Shown here piece by piece: positions 21,501-31,164 of a stretch of 64,000 nt of DNA. How positions within the stretch are numbered: position 1 is the first letter of the stretch; every line of letters starts with the position of its first letter. The stretch lies in NCBI GenBank assembly GCA_964014485.1, contig CAXHAT010000003.1:1-64000 (forward strand), given 5' to 3'. The position numbers and the translations under genes are program-made. The notes beneath the pieces are model-generated. The model had not been told where the DNA came from. It ran no database searches and saw nothing but the letters and a program-made list of their open reading frames with translations. The DNA comes from an uncultured Deferribacteres bacterium (lineage in GTDB: Bacteria; Zhuqueibacterota; Zhuqueibacteria; Zhuqueibacterales; Geothermadaptataceae).

Positions 21501-24500
21501 CGCTTGTGTCATGGGCGATGTTTTCGAGCAGCGCTTCAAAACTGCGCAGCCAGACGCGCATTGTCGCCTCTTCGAAAAGGTCGGCGTTGTAGTCGCAATC
21601 GACGATCAGGCCGTCCGCCATTTCGTTCAAATTCATGAAAATATCGAAATGCACCGATTCTTTCGGCGCTTGTGCGATGTGCGCCTCCAGACCGTGAAAA
21701 CCCTGCCCGGCGCTGTCGCGGTCGAGGTTGAACAAAATTTCCACCAGCGGCGACCGCCCCGGACGGCGCTCAATTTTCAGATGCGGCAGAATCTCACCGA
21801 CGGTGCAATCGAAATGGTCGTAAGCGTCGAGAACGGATGTTTTAACCTGTTTCAAAAACTCGCTGAAGCTCGCTTCGCCGTCGAGTTTTGAACGCAGCGG
21901 CAAAAGATTAACGCAATGGCCGACCAGCGTATGCATGCCCGTCATCGCCTGCCCCGCCGCCGGCATGCCGACGACGAGATCGTCCTGCTTGCTCAATCTG
22001 TAAAGAAAAACCTTGAACGCCGCCAGCACCGCCGCGAATAACGTCGCCTTCTCCCGCGCCGCCGCCTTTTTGATCGACTGATAGATTTCCGGTCGAATGG
22101 TCATTTTGATCGTATGACCGCGATGCGATTTTTGTATGCCGCGCGGATGATCCGTCGGCAGATCGAGCGGTGCGGGCGGATTTTTCAAATGGTTCAACCA
22201 AAAATCAAGCGCGGACTGGCGGGCTTCACTGTTTTTGTCAGCTGTTTGCAATGCGGCGAACTCACGAAACGGCGTTGCTGGAGACAATTCAACAGGCTCA
22301 TTTTTGCAAATCGCCGAGTAAACAACGCTGATTTCATCAAGCAAAACGCCGGTCGACCAGCCGTCGCAGACGATGTGGTTGGTGAGAAAAATAAAGACGT
22401 GCTCCTGCGCATCAAGCTTGACCAGAAGCAGGCGGAACAACGGCCCGTTTTCCAGATCGAACGGAACCAGGCTTTCCCGCCGGATAATTTTATCGAGCTC
22501 GGTTTTTCGCGCAGACGCTTCGGTCTCAGAAATATCGGTGAAAGGCAGCTCAATCTTTTCTGGATCGAGCGATTCGGCGCGTTGGAATTCGCCGTTTTTG
22601 TCAAAGCGCAAGTGCAAAGATTCGTGGCGCGGCAGGACTTCGCGAACAGCCTTTTGCAAGGCGGAAAAATTCAATTCACCGTTCAGTGTGAGTAAAAACG
22701 CTTCGTTGTGCGCACACGCCGCATCTTCGCCGATTCTCGCCGCGAGCCAGATTTCTTTCTGCGCGGCGGTAAGGGGAAATCTTCCAGATTCCAGCAATAC
22801 GTCATTCCCGCGCAGGCGGGAATCTATGAGCGGCGCCCCACTGGATTCCCGCCTGCGCGGGAATGACGTGGATGGCGTTTCTTTAGATTCTGTGACAGGC
22901 TCAGATGGAGTGCGCTTCTGCGTTTTTTTTTCAATCGAAGCCCCGCCAGAACCGCCGCCATCATCCGGCCCGGGGAGAAAACCGGCTTTTTGCAGTTCGA
23001 TGACGCTTTCCTTTATGGCGCGCGCGACGAAAGCGATGTCCGCGTCGGTGTGGGCGGTGCAAAAGAAACAGTTTTGCCCGGCTTCGCGAATGTACACGCC
23101 CTTTTCCACCAAATGATAGAAGAGCAATTGCGCGTAAGTCAGATCGTAGGGATAGTCAAAGCGGAACCATGAGCTGAAATGCAGGACGCGGATCGGCACG
23201 CCGCATTCGGTGAAAAATGCGTTCATTTCAGCGGCGAAATCGGCGGTTTTTTGGTTGAGATTTTCCTGCAAACTCCCGCCCTGTTCAATCAAATGTTCGA
23301 GCACGGCTTTTCCAGCGGCCAACGCCAACGGGTGCCGCACGAATGTTCCGGCGAAAAAGGTCACGTCCGCTTCCGGCAGGGAATCGTCGCCGTACTGCCA
23401 CATGCCGCCGTCGAGGGAATCCATAAATTTTGCGCTGCCCGCGACCACGCCGCAAGGCATGCCGCCGCCTGCGATTTTGCCGTAGCTGGCTAAATCCGCG
23501 CGCACGTCAAACCACGCCTGGGCGCCGCCGGGATGGACGCGGAAACCGGTGATGACCTCGTCGAAAATGAGCGCAATGTTGTTTTCCTCGGTGATTTTGC
23601 GCAGCTCGTGCAGAAACTCGCGGGGTTGAACGTCCGGGTGGCGGCTTTGCACCGGTTCGACCAAAACAGCGGCCAATTCACCGGCGAATTCCTTGATAAT
23701 TTCCAGAGATTCCGGCTTGCCGTAATCCAAAACCAGATTGTTTTTGACCGAACTTTGCGGAATACCGGGCGCCGCCGGAGCGGTGTGCATTTTCCCGCGC
23801 ATGGTTTGCTGTCGCGCGAGCACGTCGTCGAAAATGCCGTGATAATCGCCTGAGAAAAAGGCGAATCGCGTGCGTCCGGTGACGGTGCGCGCCATGCGGA
23901 TCGCCGCCATCACCGCCTCGGAGCCGGTGTTGCAAAAAGAAACGCGCTCCATGTCCGTGAGCTGGCGCACCAGCCGAGCAACGTCTCCGGCCAGCGGCGA
24001 CTGCGGGCCGATTTCCACGCCTTTCTCAAGTTGCTTTTTCGCCGCTTCAATCACAAACGGCGGCGAGTAGCCCAGTAAATTCGCGCCAAAACACATCGTA
24101 ATATCGACGTACTCATTACCGTCGACGTCCCACAAATTGCAGCCCTGCGAACGTTCGGTCGCGATTTGATAAACCAGCTCTTTCCACAGCAGCCGGAATC
24201 CCGCCACCGAGCGCGGATCGGCCTGCACCGGACGATTTTGTTGCGCCAATTCTTTCGAGCGCTTGGTCTTGGCCGTCAGTTTTTGAATCAATGAATCGAG
24301 GTGTTTTTGCTGGCGCTCGGTCAAACCGCCGTCCTTCGCCTTTTCGATGGTTTTGTAAGGCCCGAATCGCCCTGTGTTTGCCTTCGCGCCCGATTTTTTG
24401 GCGGGAGCGTCCGGCAAACGCAAATCATCTTCCTGAGCGCGCGGCGACTTGTTTTGCTGTTCCTGAACGACAGGCGGTGCAGCGGCGGGCGCGCCGTTTT

Positions 24501-27500
24501 GCAGCAAAGCCAACTGTCGGCTCATTAAATCCATTTGCTGCTGAATGAGATTTTGCAGCGAGCCGTCGACCGGCGTTCCGAGTTGCATTTGTGGCATTGA
24601 CACGGACGCTGGAGCTTGCACAACCGATGGAGCAACCGGGATTGCTTCGGCTTGCATTGCTGTAGATTGAGGCTGGGGCGCAGGCGTCGATTCAATTGGC
24701 GGCGGAGGCGGTGCGAAGGCGCTCGACGGCAATTTTTCATCGAGATAATTCGCCAGCGCTTGCAGCGAATCGAGGTCTTCCAGCAACTGCCGGAAAGTGA
24801 TTTTAATGTCGAATTGCTCTTGAAACTCCGAGCTTGCCTGTGTGAGAAAGAGCGAATCGAGACCCATTTCCATGAAAGAATTCTCTTCGTCGCCGGGCTC
24901 CATTTCGATGCCGGACAATTCGTAAATTATCTCGCGCAGTTTCGCCAAAATGCGTTCGGTTCTCGGTTGTTCGGCTGATCCGGTGCTGTTCATGGTGCGG
25001 GTCTCGTTTGGTTTTTCGGTTTCAAGGTCGATTGTTGGGGCGTGTGTTCCATTGGCGACTGGAATCGGGACATTGGTGCTGATTTCGGTCGCTGAGCGGC
25101 CAGTCATTCCCCCTTCGAAGGGGATGCTGGGGGCAGTTGTCGAGATAGCAGGCTCCGAAACAACGTTTGTTACGTCATTCCCGCTTAGGCGGGAATCTAC
25201 TGGTTCGACGACGCTGACTGGATTCCCGCCTGCGCGGGAATGACTTGAAGGAGTTGTTGCCGAAGTTGTTGGCGATTCCATTTTCGGCGCATCCACCCAA
25301 TACCGCTTGCGCTCGAAAGGATACGTCGGCAATGGAATCCGACGGCGGGTTTCGTTTTCGTAGAAGGCCTGCCAGTCGATTTTCACGCCGTTGAGCCAGG
25401 CGCTGCCAAGCGCCGCCAGCAAATTCGCTGCGTCGGGCTTCGATTCTTTGACGTGACCCAGCGAAGAAATCGCGGTCAACTTGCCGTCTTTTTGCGAATG
25501 CTGCATCGCCAGCGCGGAGAGCGTTTTTCCGGGCCCAATCTCAAGGTAAATCCTGTTCGGCTCTTTTTGCAATTCACGCACGCCGTCGCTGAAACGAACG
25601 GTAAAGCGCAACTGCTTGGCCCAATATTCCGGATTGCGCGCTTCGTCGTCGGTGATCCATTTTCCCGTCAGACTGGAAATGAACGGAATGCTCGGTTTTT
25701 CTAATTTCGCTTGCGCAACTTTTTCTGCAAAAGGCTGAAAAACCGGCTCCATCATTTTTGAATGAAACGCATGCGAAGTGTGCAGCGGCTGGACGCTCAC
25801 GCCCTTTGCTTCCAGTTCGGTTTTGACGGCTTCGAGATGATCATGCGCGCCGGAAAGTACACACATTTGCGGCGCATTGACCGCTGCCAGCACCACGCCG
25901 TTTTGTACCCACGGGGATAAGTCTTTTTCCGAAAGCCGCACCGCGAGCATCCCGCCCTGAGGCTGCTCCTGCATCATTTTCGCGCGCGCAGTCAGAATCG
26001 TTAGCGCGTCTTCCAGCGAAAAAACGCCCGCCAAACAGGCGGCGACGTACTCGCCGACGCTGTGACCGATCATCGCGTCAGGCTGAACGCCCCAATGCAT
26101 CCATTGCCGCGCCAGCGCATATTCGATGACGAACAGGGCAGGCTGGGTGAGTGCGGTTTGCTTCAATTTTTGAGCGGCTTCTTCTTCGCCGCCGGAAATC
26201 GGGAAAAGAACCGGGCGCAAATCCAGATCGCACCGAGATTTGAGAATTTCCAGACATTGATCAACGGTTTCGCGAAGAACCTTCTCCGTTTCATAAAGCC
26301 CGCGCCCCATGTTTACGTGCTGGGCGCCTTGTCCGGGGAACATGAAAACGACGGAAGGTTCGCTGGTCGTGCAATGGGCTTTCGTGATGCTAACCTTACC
26401 GGAGTTCTTAAATCCTGACAGGGTTTCGGTCACAAAAATCTGCCGATGCGCCATATCACGACGACCGGAGTTGAGCGTGAACGCCGCATCGGCAAGATTC
26501 ACCTGCGGATATTTTGCCATAAAATCAGTCAAATTTGTACTCGCGTTTTTCAGCGCCGACTCCGTTTTGGCGGAGAGCGTCACGAGCTGCCACGGACGCG
26601 AATCGCTCGACTGCACGGGCTTTGGCGCTTCTTCCAAAACAACATGCGCGTTTGTCCCGCCGACGCCGAACGAACTGACGCCCGCGCGACGGGGCGAACC
26701 GTTGCGCTCCCAGTTTTGCAATTGATCGACAACGCGAAACGGGCTGTTTTCAAAATCGATTTCAGGATTGGGGGTCTCAAAATGGAGAGTTGGCGGGATT
26801 TGCCGATGATGCAGCGCCAGCGCGGTTTTGATCAGCCCGGCAACTCCGGCGGCGGAATCGAGATGACCGATATTGCTTTTCACCGAGCCGATACCGCAAA
26901 AGCCTTTCTTGTCCGTGCCCGCGCGGAAAGCTTTGGTCAAGCCGGTGATTTCAATCGGGTCGCCCAGCGGCGTGGCAGTGCCGTGCGCTTCAATGTAGCC
27001 GATGCTTTCCGGCGAAAATCCAGCGAACGCCTGCGCCATCGCGATCACCTGCGCCTGGCCGTCCACGCTCGGCGCGGAGTAACTGACCTTGTTCGCGCCG
27101 TCGTTGTTGAGCGCCGCCCCCTTGATGACGGCATAAATTAAGTCGTTGTCCTTGACCGCATCCTCCAAACGCTTGAGCACAACCACGCCCGCGCCGTTGC
27201 TGAACACCGTACCGCTCGCTTTGGCGTCGAACGGACGACAGTGACCGTCGGTGGAAAGCATCCCGCCTTCCTGGCTGAGATAGCCGCGATTCTGCGGCAC
27301 CGTGATCGTGATCCCGCCCGCGAGGCAGAGATCACTCTCGTAGTTTAGCAGACTTTGCACCGCTTGGCACACGGCGACCAGCGACGACGAACAAGCGGTT
27401 TGGACGTTGATCGCCGGGCCGGTGAGATTGAATTTGTAGGCCGTGCGCGTCGGCAAGTAATCTTTGTCGTTGCTGATGATGTTTTGGAAAGCGTCGACGG

Positions 27501-27954
27501 CTCGGAAGCGCACGAGCTTGTCGATGTACGCGCGGTCTTTACAGAGATTGTTGAGCAGGTAGCTGTTGATGTACGTGCCCGCAAAAACGCCGATCGAGCC
27601 GTCATATTTTTCTGAATCGTAACCGGCGGTTTCGAGCGCTTCCCAGGCGCATTCGAGCCAAATGCGGTGCTGCGGGTCGAGCGCTGCGGCCTCGCGGGGC
27701 GTGAAACCGAAAAAGCCGGCGTCGAATTGATCGATCCCGTCGAGCGTGCCGCGCGCGCGAATGTAATCCGGATCGTCCTTGACCGCGTCGTAGTCGAGTT
27801 CTTCGTCGCGCAATTCTTCGTGCGAGAGCGTGCGAATCGTCTCCTTTCCATCCTTAAGAATTTGCCAGAATTCATGGATGTTTTTTGCGCCGGGAAAGCG
27901 TCCCGCCATTCCGATGATCGCAATTCCGTCCAGGTTGTCGTGCGTGTTGCTCAT
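18583..27954 (-). CDS. Hybrid PKS-NRPS: KS-AT(malonyl)-ACP-aminotransferase-C-A(Gly)-PCP-TE
   Basis: VQTACSSS/HGTAT/KSNIGHL; GHSVGE and HAFH; MGLDSL; DEVITGFR..YGK; NHIVCDG; YTSGSTG; pocket DILQLGMIWK; LGGHSL; GYCMGG; RBS GGAG before ATG27954. Confidence 0.93.
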   Translation of the reverse strand: MSNTHDNLDGIAIIGMAGRFPGAKNIHEFWQILKDGKETIRTLSHEELRDEELDYDAVKDDPDYIRARGTLDGIDQFDAGFFGFTPREAAALDPQHRIWLECAWEALETAGYDSEKYDGSIGVFAGTYINSYLLNNLCKDRAYIDKLVRFRAVDAFQNIISNDKDYLPTRTAYKFNLTGPAINVQTACSSSLVAVCQAVQSLLNYESDLCLAGGITITVPQNRGYLSQEGGMLSTDGHCRPFDAKASGTVFSNGAGVVVLKRLEDAVKDNDLIYAVIKGAALNNDGANKVSYSAPSVDGQAQVIAMAQAFAGFSPESIGYIEAHGTATPLGDPIEITGLTKAFRAGTDKKGFCGIGSVKSNIGHLDSAAGVAGLIKTALALHHRQIPPTLHFETPNPEIDFENSPFRVVDQLQNWERNGSPRRAGVSSFGVGGTNAHVVLEEAPKPVQSSDSRPWQLVTLSAKTESALKNASTNLTDFMAKYPQVNLADAAFTLNSGRRDMAHRQIFVTETLSGFKNSGKVSITKAHCTTSEPSVVFMFPGQGAQHVNMGRGLYETEKVLRETVDQCLEILKSRCDLDLRPVLFPISGGEEEAAQKLKQTALTQPALFVIEYALARQWMHWGVQPDAMIGHSVGEYVAACLAGVFSLEDALTILTARAKMMQEQPQGGMLAVRLSEKDLSPWVQNGVVLAAVNAPQMCVLSGAHDHLEAVKTELEAKGVSVQPLHTSHAFHSKMMEPVFQPFAEKVAQAKLEKPSIPFISSLTGKWITDDEARNPEYWAKQLRFTVRFSDGVRELQKEPNRIYLEIGPGKTLSALAMQHSQKDGKLTAISSLGHVKESKPDAANLLAALGSAWLNGVKIDWQAFYENETRRRIPLPTYPFERKRYWVDAPKMESPTTSATTPSSHSRAGGNPVSVVEPVDSRLSGNDVTNVVSEPAISTTAPSIPFEGGMTGRSATEISTNVPIPVANGTHAPTIDLETEKPNETRTMNSTGSAEQPRTERILAKLREIIYELSGIEMEPGDEENSFMEMGLDSLFLTQASSEFQEQFDIKITFRQLLEDLDSLQALANYLDEKLPSSAFAPPPPPIESTPAPQPQSTAMQAEAIPVAPSVVQAPASVSMPQMQLGTPVDGSLQNLIQQQMDLMSRQLALLQNGAPAAAPPVVQEQQNKSPRAQEDDLRLPDAPAKKSGAKANTGRFGPYKTIEKAKDGGLTERQQKHLDSLIQKLTAKTKRSKELAQQNRPVQADPRSVAGFRLLWKELVYQIATERSQGCNLWDVDGNEYVDITMCFGANLLGYSPPFVIEAAKKQLEKGVEIGPQSPLAGDVARLVRQLTDMERVSFCNTGSEAVMAAIRMARTVTGRTRFAFFSGDYHGIFDDVLARQQTMRGKMHTAPAAPGIPQSSVKNNLVLDYGKPESLEIIKEFAGELAAVLVEPVQSRHPDVQPREFLHELRKITEENNIALIFDEVITGFRVHPGGAQAWFDVRADLASYGKIAGGGMPCGVVAGSAKFMDSLDGGMWQYGDDSLPEADVTFFAGTFVRHPLALAAGKAVLEHLIEQGGSLQENLNQKTADFAAEMNAFFTECGVPIRVLHFSSWFRFDYPYDLTYAQLLFYHLVEKGVYIREAGQNCFFCTAHTDADIAFVARAIKESVIELQKAGFLPGPDDGGGSGGASIEKKTQKRTPSEPVTESKETPSTSFPRRRESSGAPLIDSRLRGNDVLLESGRFPLTAAQKEIWLAARIGEDAACAHNEAFLLTLNGELNFSALQKAVREVLPRHESLHLRFDKNGEFQRAESLDPEKIELPFTDISETEASARKTELDKIIRRESLVPFDLENGPLFRLLLVKLDAQEHVFIFLTNHIVCDGWSTGVLLDEISVVYSAICKNEPVELSPATPFREFAALQTADKNSEARQSALDFWLNHLKNPPAPLDLPTDHPRGIQKSHRGHTIKMTIRPEIYQSIKKAAAREKATLFAAVLAAFKVFLYRLSKQDDLVVGMPAAGQAMTGMHTLVGHCVNLLPLRSKLDGEASFSEFLKQVKTSVLDAYDHFDCTVGEILPHLKIERRPGRSPLVEILFNLDRDSAGQGFHGLEAHIAQAPKESVHFDIFMNLNEMADGLIVDCDYNADLFEEATMRVWLRSFEALLENIAHDTSASLNSFSMLGEDDLNTILYQWNDTQRDFDKTLKLHDLVEQQATKTPEATAVIGEDRSFSYQELLDRADNFAKLLSENGVKKGGLVGVYCERSAEVVAALLGVMKIGAAYVPLDPSFPPARLQFMIDDAQISALVTNLDRVDLKTPDHAPIIHLSEISSRETQDIELAFNEAVEQISSFPRRRESRSGAPLDSRLRGNDVEAAVKRPTTATDLVYVIYTSGSTGKPKGVQIPHSAAVNFMLAMQEKPGLHEGDRLLSVTTLSFDISVLEIFLPLTCGATTILADKQTVSDGKLLAEMMVKHQANVMQATPATWRLLLESGWQNATLKKALCGGEAMPADLRDALLDQNLELWNMYGPTETTIWSSVMKIDSKDEPILIGKPIANTQMYILDENRQPAPVGVPGELYIAGDGLATGYLNRPELTAEKFINTKIQGLNTNNQSLNTKHRVYRTGDLARYRADGNIECLGRTDFQIKIRGFRIEAGEIEAKLQEIAGVKQAVVNAAPDASGTQTLVAYLVCENEAPQPADLRAHLRKDLPPYMIPARFIFVGEMPLTPNGKIDRKALPAPGFEGNANGELNGKVHANGKPHENGFLRDKPREKLFQRGKRNGHAGDLLEMQLLKTWESLLGVKNIGMDDDFFELGGHSLLAARLFAKIEDSHGVALPLATLFQDSTVAALAQVIRRNKGKSSWSSLVPIQAGGSRTPLFLIHGAEGNVLLYRDLARKLGEDQPVFGLQAQGLDGKTPPLTTIEEMAELYLKEIRALQPEGPYALGGYCMGGTIAYEIAQRLVHDGERVSLLALLETYNVHGLKDYSLAGKTRLGWQNLRFHAENVLKLPAGEKKKFLETKTSTAKERMKMRFQSGFTKAARGLSRNGNGAFPHLALAKINDHAQEAYTPSPYPGKITLFRPNRLFSGMEDPQFGWGALARDGVDVHQLPFAPRGMLVEPFVRQLADKLKKSLAGVREEVSPAYAGF
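20908..20974. repeat. GTCATTCCCGC..GCGGGAAT palindromic doublet, in frame inside the A domain
   Basis: Inverted pair, translated as SFPRRRES..LDSRLRGND. Confidence 0.9.
22801..22867. repeat. Same palindromic doublet, in frame in the aminotransferase-C linker
   Basis: Inverted pair, SFPRRRESSGAPLIDSRLRGND. Confidence 0.9.
25174..25244. repeat. Same palindromic doublet, in frame in the AT-ACP linker
   Basis: Inverted pair, HSRAGGNP...DSRLSGND. Confidence 0.9.
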
Positions 27955-28025
27955 CTCCTGCTCCTCTTTCTTCACATTTTTTCTTGACAAAATGATTGAA
28001 GTCAAAATGGTGGATTCAATAGTTT

Positions 28026-28202
28026 AATCCAAATTGTGACCTACAGCTAAAAAATGGAGTGCAAGGCTTGCCTTGCGATTCCGTCGCTGTTTTTTTTGTT
28101 TAAAACATCCTGATTTTGCTGTGACTTTTTTGAAAAAGTGGGGGAGGCAAAGCAAGCTTTGCACTCCTCGTCCCTTTTCAAACGGAGGTCACTACTTGGG
28201 TT
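28026..28202. mobile_element. MITE family C between the two synthetase genes
   Basis: Imperfect TIR AATCCAAATTGTGACCT / AGGTCACTACTTGGGTT; AGTTT on both flanks; internal GGAGTGCAAGGCTTG / CAAGCTTTGCACTCC pair. Confidence 0.55.
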
Positions 28203-28223
28203 AGTTTATGATTTTGCCTTTAA

Positions 28224-30956
28224 TCATTCTGAGTTGAAAACCCGTTGCTTTGCCATATGCCTGCGTTGCGCGAGTGCTGATTTTTTACGCTCGGCTTGTT
28301 TGTAAATATCAGCGAATTCCTGTGCGCCGTTGTTTTGTTTACCTAAATGTTTTGCCAACAGATCAATCGTTGGATATTCAAAAAGTTTGACGGTTTCCAT
28401 TTCAACCTCGAGCCGCCGCCGAATTTCCGCGATGACTTTGCCGACGCGCAGAGAATCGCCGCCCAGCTCGAAAAAACTGTCCTGCACGCCCACTTTTTCG
28501 AGATCGAGCGCTTCAGCGTAAATTTCCGCCAATTTCCTTTCAACATCGTTGCGCGGCGCAATGAAGCGCGCTTCGAGGTCGGGGCGCGTCGTCTCGGGTT
28601 TTGGCAGCGCGCGAAAATCGATCTTACCGTTGACGGTGAGCGGGATTCTGTCGAGCATGGTAAAGGACGACGGAACCATGTAATCAGGCAGGCGCTTGCC
28701 GAGCCACGCCGCCAATTCGCCGTGCGAAGGATAGACGCCGCTTTGAGGAACGAACCAGGCCATCAGCGTTTTTTCCGAACTCGTCGCCGCGTTGCCGTTG
28801 ACCCTGTTGGACAACCATCCCACAGGGTCAACGCGGTCGCCGCCGGATTCCGTCACAATCACCACCGATTCGCGAATCGCTTCGTGCCGGTTCAGGCAAG
28901 CTTCAATCTCGCCCAATTCAATGCGAAATCCGCGAATTTTCACTTGCTGATCGATGCGCCCGAGGTACTCAACGTCGCCGTCATGAGTGAAACGTCCCAA
29001 ATCGCCGGTGCGATAAAGCCGTTTTTCAGTATTCAGTTTTCGGTATTCAGTATTTAGTGCCCGGCTTTCGACTTCAGGCGCCCATTCGTCGGGGGAGATG
29101 AACTTCTCCGCCGTCAACTCAGGACGATTCAAATAACCGCGTGCCAGGCCTTCGCCGCCAACGAAGATTTCACCGGGAACGCCGGATGGAACGGGCTGCA
29201 AATGCTTATCTAAAATGTAGAGTTCCAGGTCAGGAATCGGCTCGCCAATGAGGCTGCCCGTCGCGCTGTCGAGATCGGCCATTTTTATTGGGCGGTACGT
29301 CACGTGGACGGTCGTTTCGGTGATGCCGTACATGTTCACCAGCGTCGGCTTGTCGTCGCCGTGACGCTCGAACCAGGGACGCAGGCTTTGTAAATCCAGC
29401 GCTTCGCCGCCGAAAATGACGGTGCGCAGCGACAATTTGTCTTCGCTTTGCGCTTTTTCGTCCGCAACGATGAATTGGCGGAATGCGGAAGGCGTTTGGT
29501 TGAGCACGGTGACTTTTTCACGTTGTAAAAGCGCATGAAAATCTTCCGGCGAACGGCTCGTTTGGTACGGCACGATCACCAGTCTGCCGCCGTAAACCAG
29601 CGCGCCCCAAATTTCCCACACCGAAAAATCAAACGCCGGGGAGTGAAAAAGCGTCCAAACGTCGCCGCTGTTAAAATTGAACCAATGCTGCGTCGAAGTA
29701 AAAAGCCGATCCACGTTGCGATGTGTGATTTGCACGCCTTTCGGCTTGCCGGTGGAGCCGGAGGTGTAGATGACGTAAATCAGATTCTCAGGAGAAATCT
29801 CGAGATTGGGATTTTCGGTGCTCGCGTTGGCGAAATCGTCGCCATGCCGGTCGAACAGAACGGTTTTGACGTTTTCCGGAGCAATGTAATTTTCAGCGGC
29901 GCGCGAATTGGAGAGAACCATTTTCACATCGGCGTCTCGAAGCATAAAATCGATGCGGTCCTGGGGATAAGCGAGATCGACGGGCAAGTAGGCCGCGCCC
30001 GCCTTCAGAACACCCAGAATACCGACGATCAGTTCCACTGAACGATCCAGCCGAACCGCGATGAGTTCTTCCTTTTGTACGCCATGTTTCAGCAGAAAAT
30101 GGGCGAGTCGATTGGCGCGTTCGTTCAACGCACGGTAAGAGATATTTTCACCGTCAAACGTCAGCGCAATCGCCTCGGGATTGGCGGCGGCTTGCGCTTC
30201 GAAGCGTTGGTGCAAACATTTTTCTTGGGTTTTTTCAATGGATTTTCGAGCGCATTGCACGATAATTTTCTGCTGCGCTTTTTGCGAGAGCATCGGCAAT
30301 CGGGAGATTTCAAGCTCCGGCTGTGTGATGAGCGAGATCAGCAAATTTTCATAATTTTCCAAAAACATCTGCACCGACCGGGCTTCGAAAAGCTCGGCGT
30401 CGTATTCGCAATTGAGTTCAAAGTTGGAGTCATGAGATTCGATTTTCAAGACAAGATCGCATTGCGCCAAATGTGAATCGTGTTCGAACTGGGCATTTTT
30501 TTCTGAGTAGACAAAAGCGAGGGACGGAGATGATTTCGTGCCGGTCGCCGACGCTGTTACACCCCCCCGGCCCCCCTCGATGGGGGAATTCAGCATCTTC
30601 GAAGCGGCGATTACTTCATGCAGTAGCGTTTCCGTTGTTATCTTTTCCGGAATGGTCAAATGAAGTGTTGTCAGCGGCAGGCTTCTTTCTGGTTCGGCGG
30701 CGGCTTTGGCCAAGCCAAATGAGATTTCTTCTTGCGCGGTATGACGATGCAAAAGAACGATAAACGCCGTCGCCAGCAATTCAAAATGCGGCGTATCAGA
30801 AAGCGCTGGATGCGTTTCTTGAAGAATGCTCTTTTGAACCTGACGGCCCGCTGACTCGCGGATAAAGCTCGGAAACGGCGGGCGGGGGTGATCGGTGAAA
30901 AGCGAAAATTTGAGATGTACGTCTTTCGAGACTTGTTGCTGCGTCGGCGATGCCAT
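28224..30956 (-). CDS. NRPS initiation module: partial C - A(Thr) - PCP
   Basis: YTSGSTGKPKG, pocket DFWNIGMVHK, YRTGD, LGGDSL; N-terminal C-like fragment lacks HHxxxDG. Confidence 0.92.
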   Translation of the reverse strand: MASPTQQQVSKDVHLKFSLFTDHPRPPFPSFIRESAGRQVQKSILQETHPALSDTPHFELLATAFIVLLHRHTAQEEISFGLAKAAAEPERSLPLTTLHLTIPEKITTETLLHEVIAASKMLNSPIEGGRGGVTASATGTKSSPSLAFVYSEKNAQFEHDSHLAQCDLVLKIESHDSNFELNCEYDAELFEARSVQMFLENYENLLISLITQPELEISRLPMLSQKAQQKIIVQCARKSIEKTQEKCLHQRFEAQAAANPEAIALTFDGENISYRALNERANRLAHFLLKHGVQKEELIAVRLDRSVELIVGILGVLKAGAAYLPVDLAYPQDRIDFMLRDADVKMVLSNSRAAENYIAPENVKTVLFDRHGDDFANASTENPNLEISPENLIYVIYTSGSTGKPKGVQITHRNVDRLFTSTQHWFNFNSGDVWTLFHSPAFDFSVWEIWGALVYGGRLVIVPYQTSRSPEDFHALLQREKVTVLNQTPSAFRQFIVADEKAQSEDKLSLRTVIFGGEALDLQSLRPWFERHGDDKPTLVNMYGITETTVHVTYRPIKMADLDSATGSLIGEPIPDLELYILDKHLQPVPSGVPGEIFVGGEGLARGYLNRPELTAEKFISPDEWAPEVESRALNTEYRKLNTEKRLYRTGDLGRFTHDGDVEYLGRIDQQVKIRGFRIELGEIEACLNRHEAIRESVVIVTESGGDRVDPVGWLSNRVNGNAATSSEKTLMAWFVPQSGVYPSHGELAAWLGKRLPDYMVPSSFTMLDRIPLTVNGKIDFRALPKPETTRPDLEARFIAPRNDVERKLAEIYAEALDLEKVGVQDSFFELGGDSLRVGKVIAEIRRRLEVEMETVKLFEYPTIDLLAKHLGKQNNGAQEFADIYKQAERKKSALAQRRHMAKQRVFNSE

Positions 30957-30986
30957 GTCTTTGTCCCTCTTGCCAAATAATTCTGT

Positions 30987-31164
30987 AACCGATGTTACGC
31001 GTCAGCTATGAAGCCAAAGAAACTCCTGTCAAAGTCATTCCCGCGCAGGCGGGAATCCAGGGGCTGTGCGCGATTGACTTGATTCCCGCCTGCGCGGGAA
31101 TGACGTAAAAGCGACATTTCTCTGGTGCTGCTTGAGAAGTTTCCAAGAGTGCGTAACATCAGTT
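30987..31164. mobile_element. MITE family A, copy carrying a palindromic doublet (31034-31104)
   Basis: AACCGATGTTACGC ... GCGTAACATCAGTT; flanks CTGT/CTAT. Confidence 0.75.

Noticed and set aside
18966..28027. Many plus-strand ORFs antisense to the PKS-NRPS (and similar shadows elsewhere)
   Set aside because: Shadow frames of long coding genes, with no motifs or RBS
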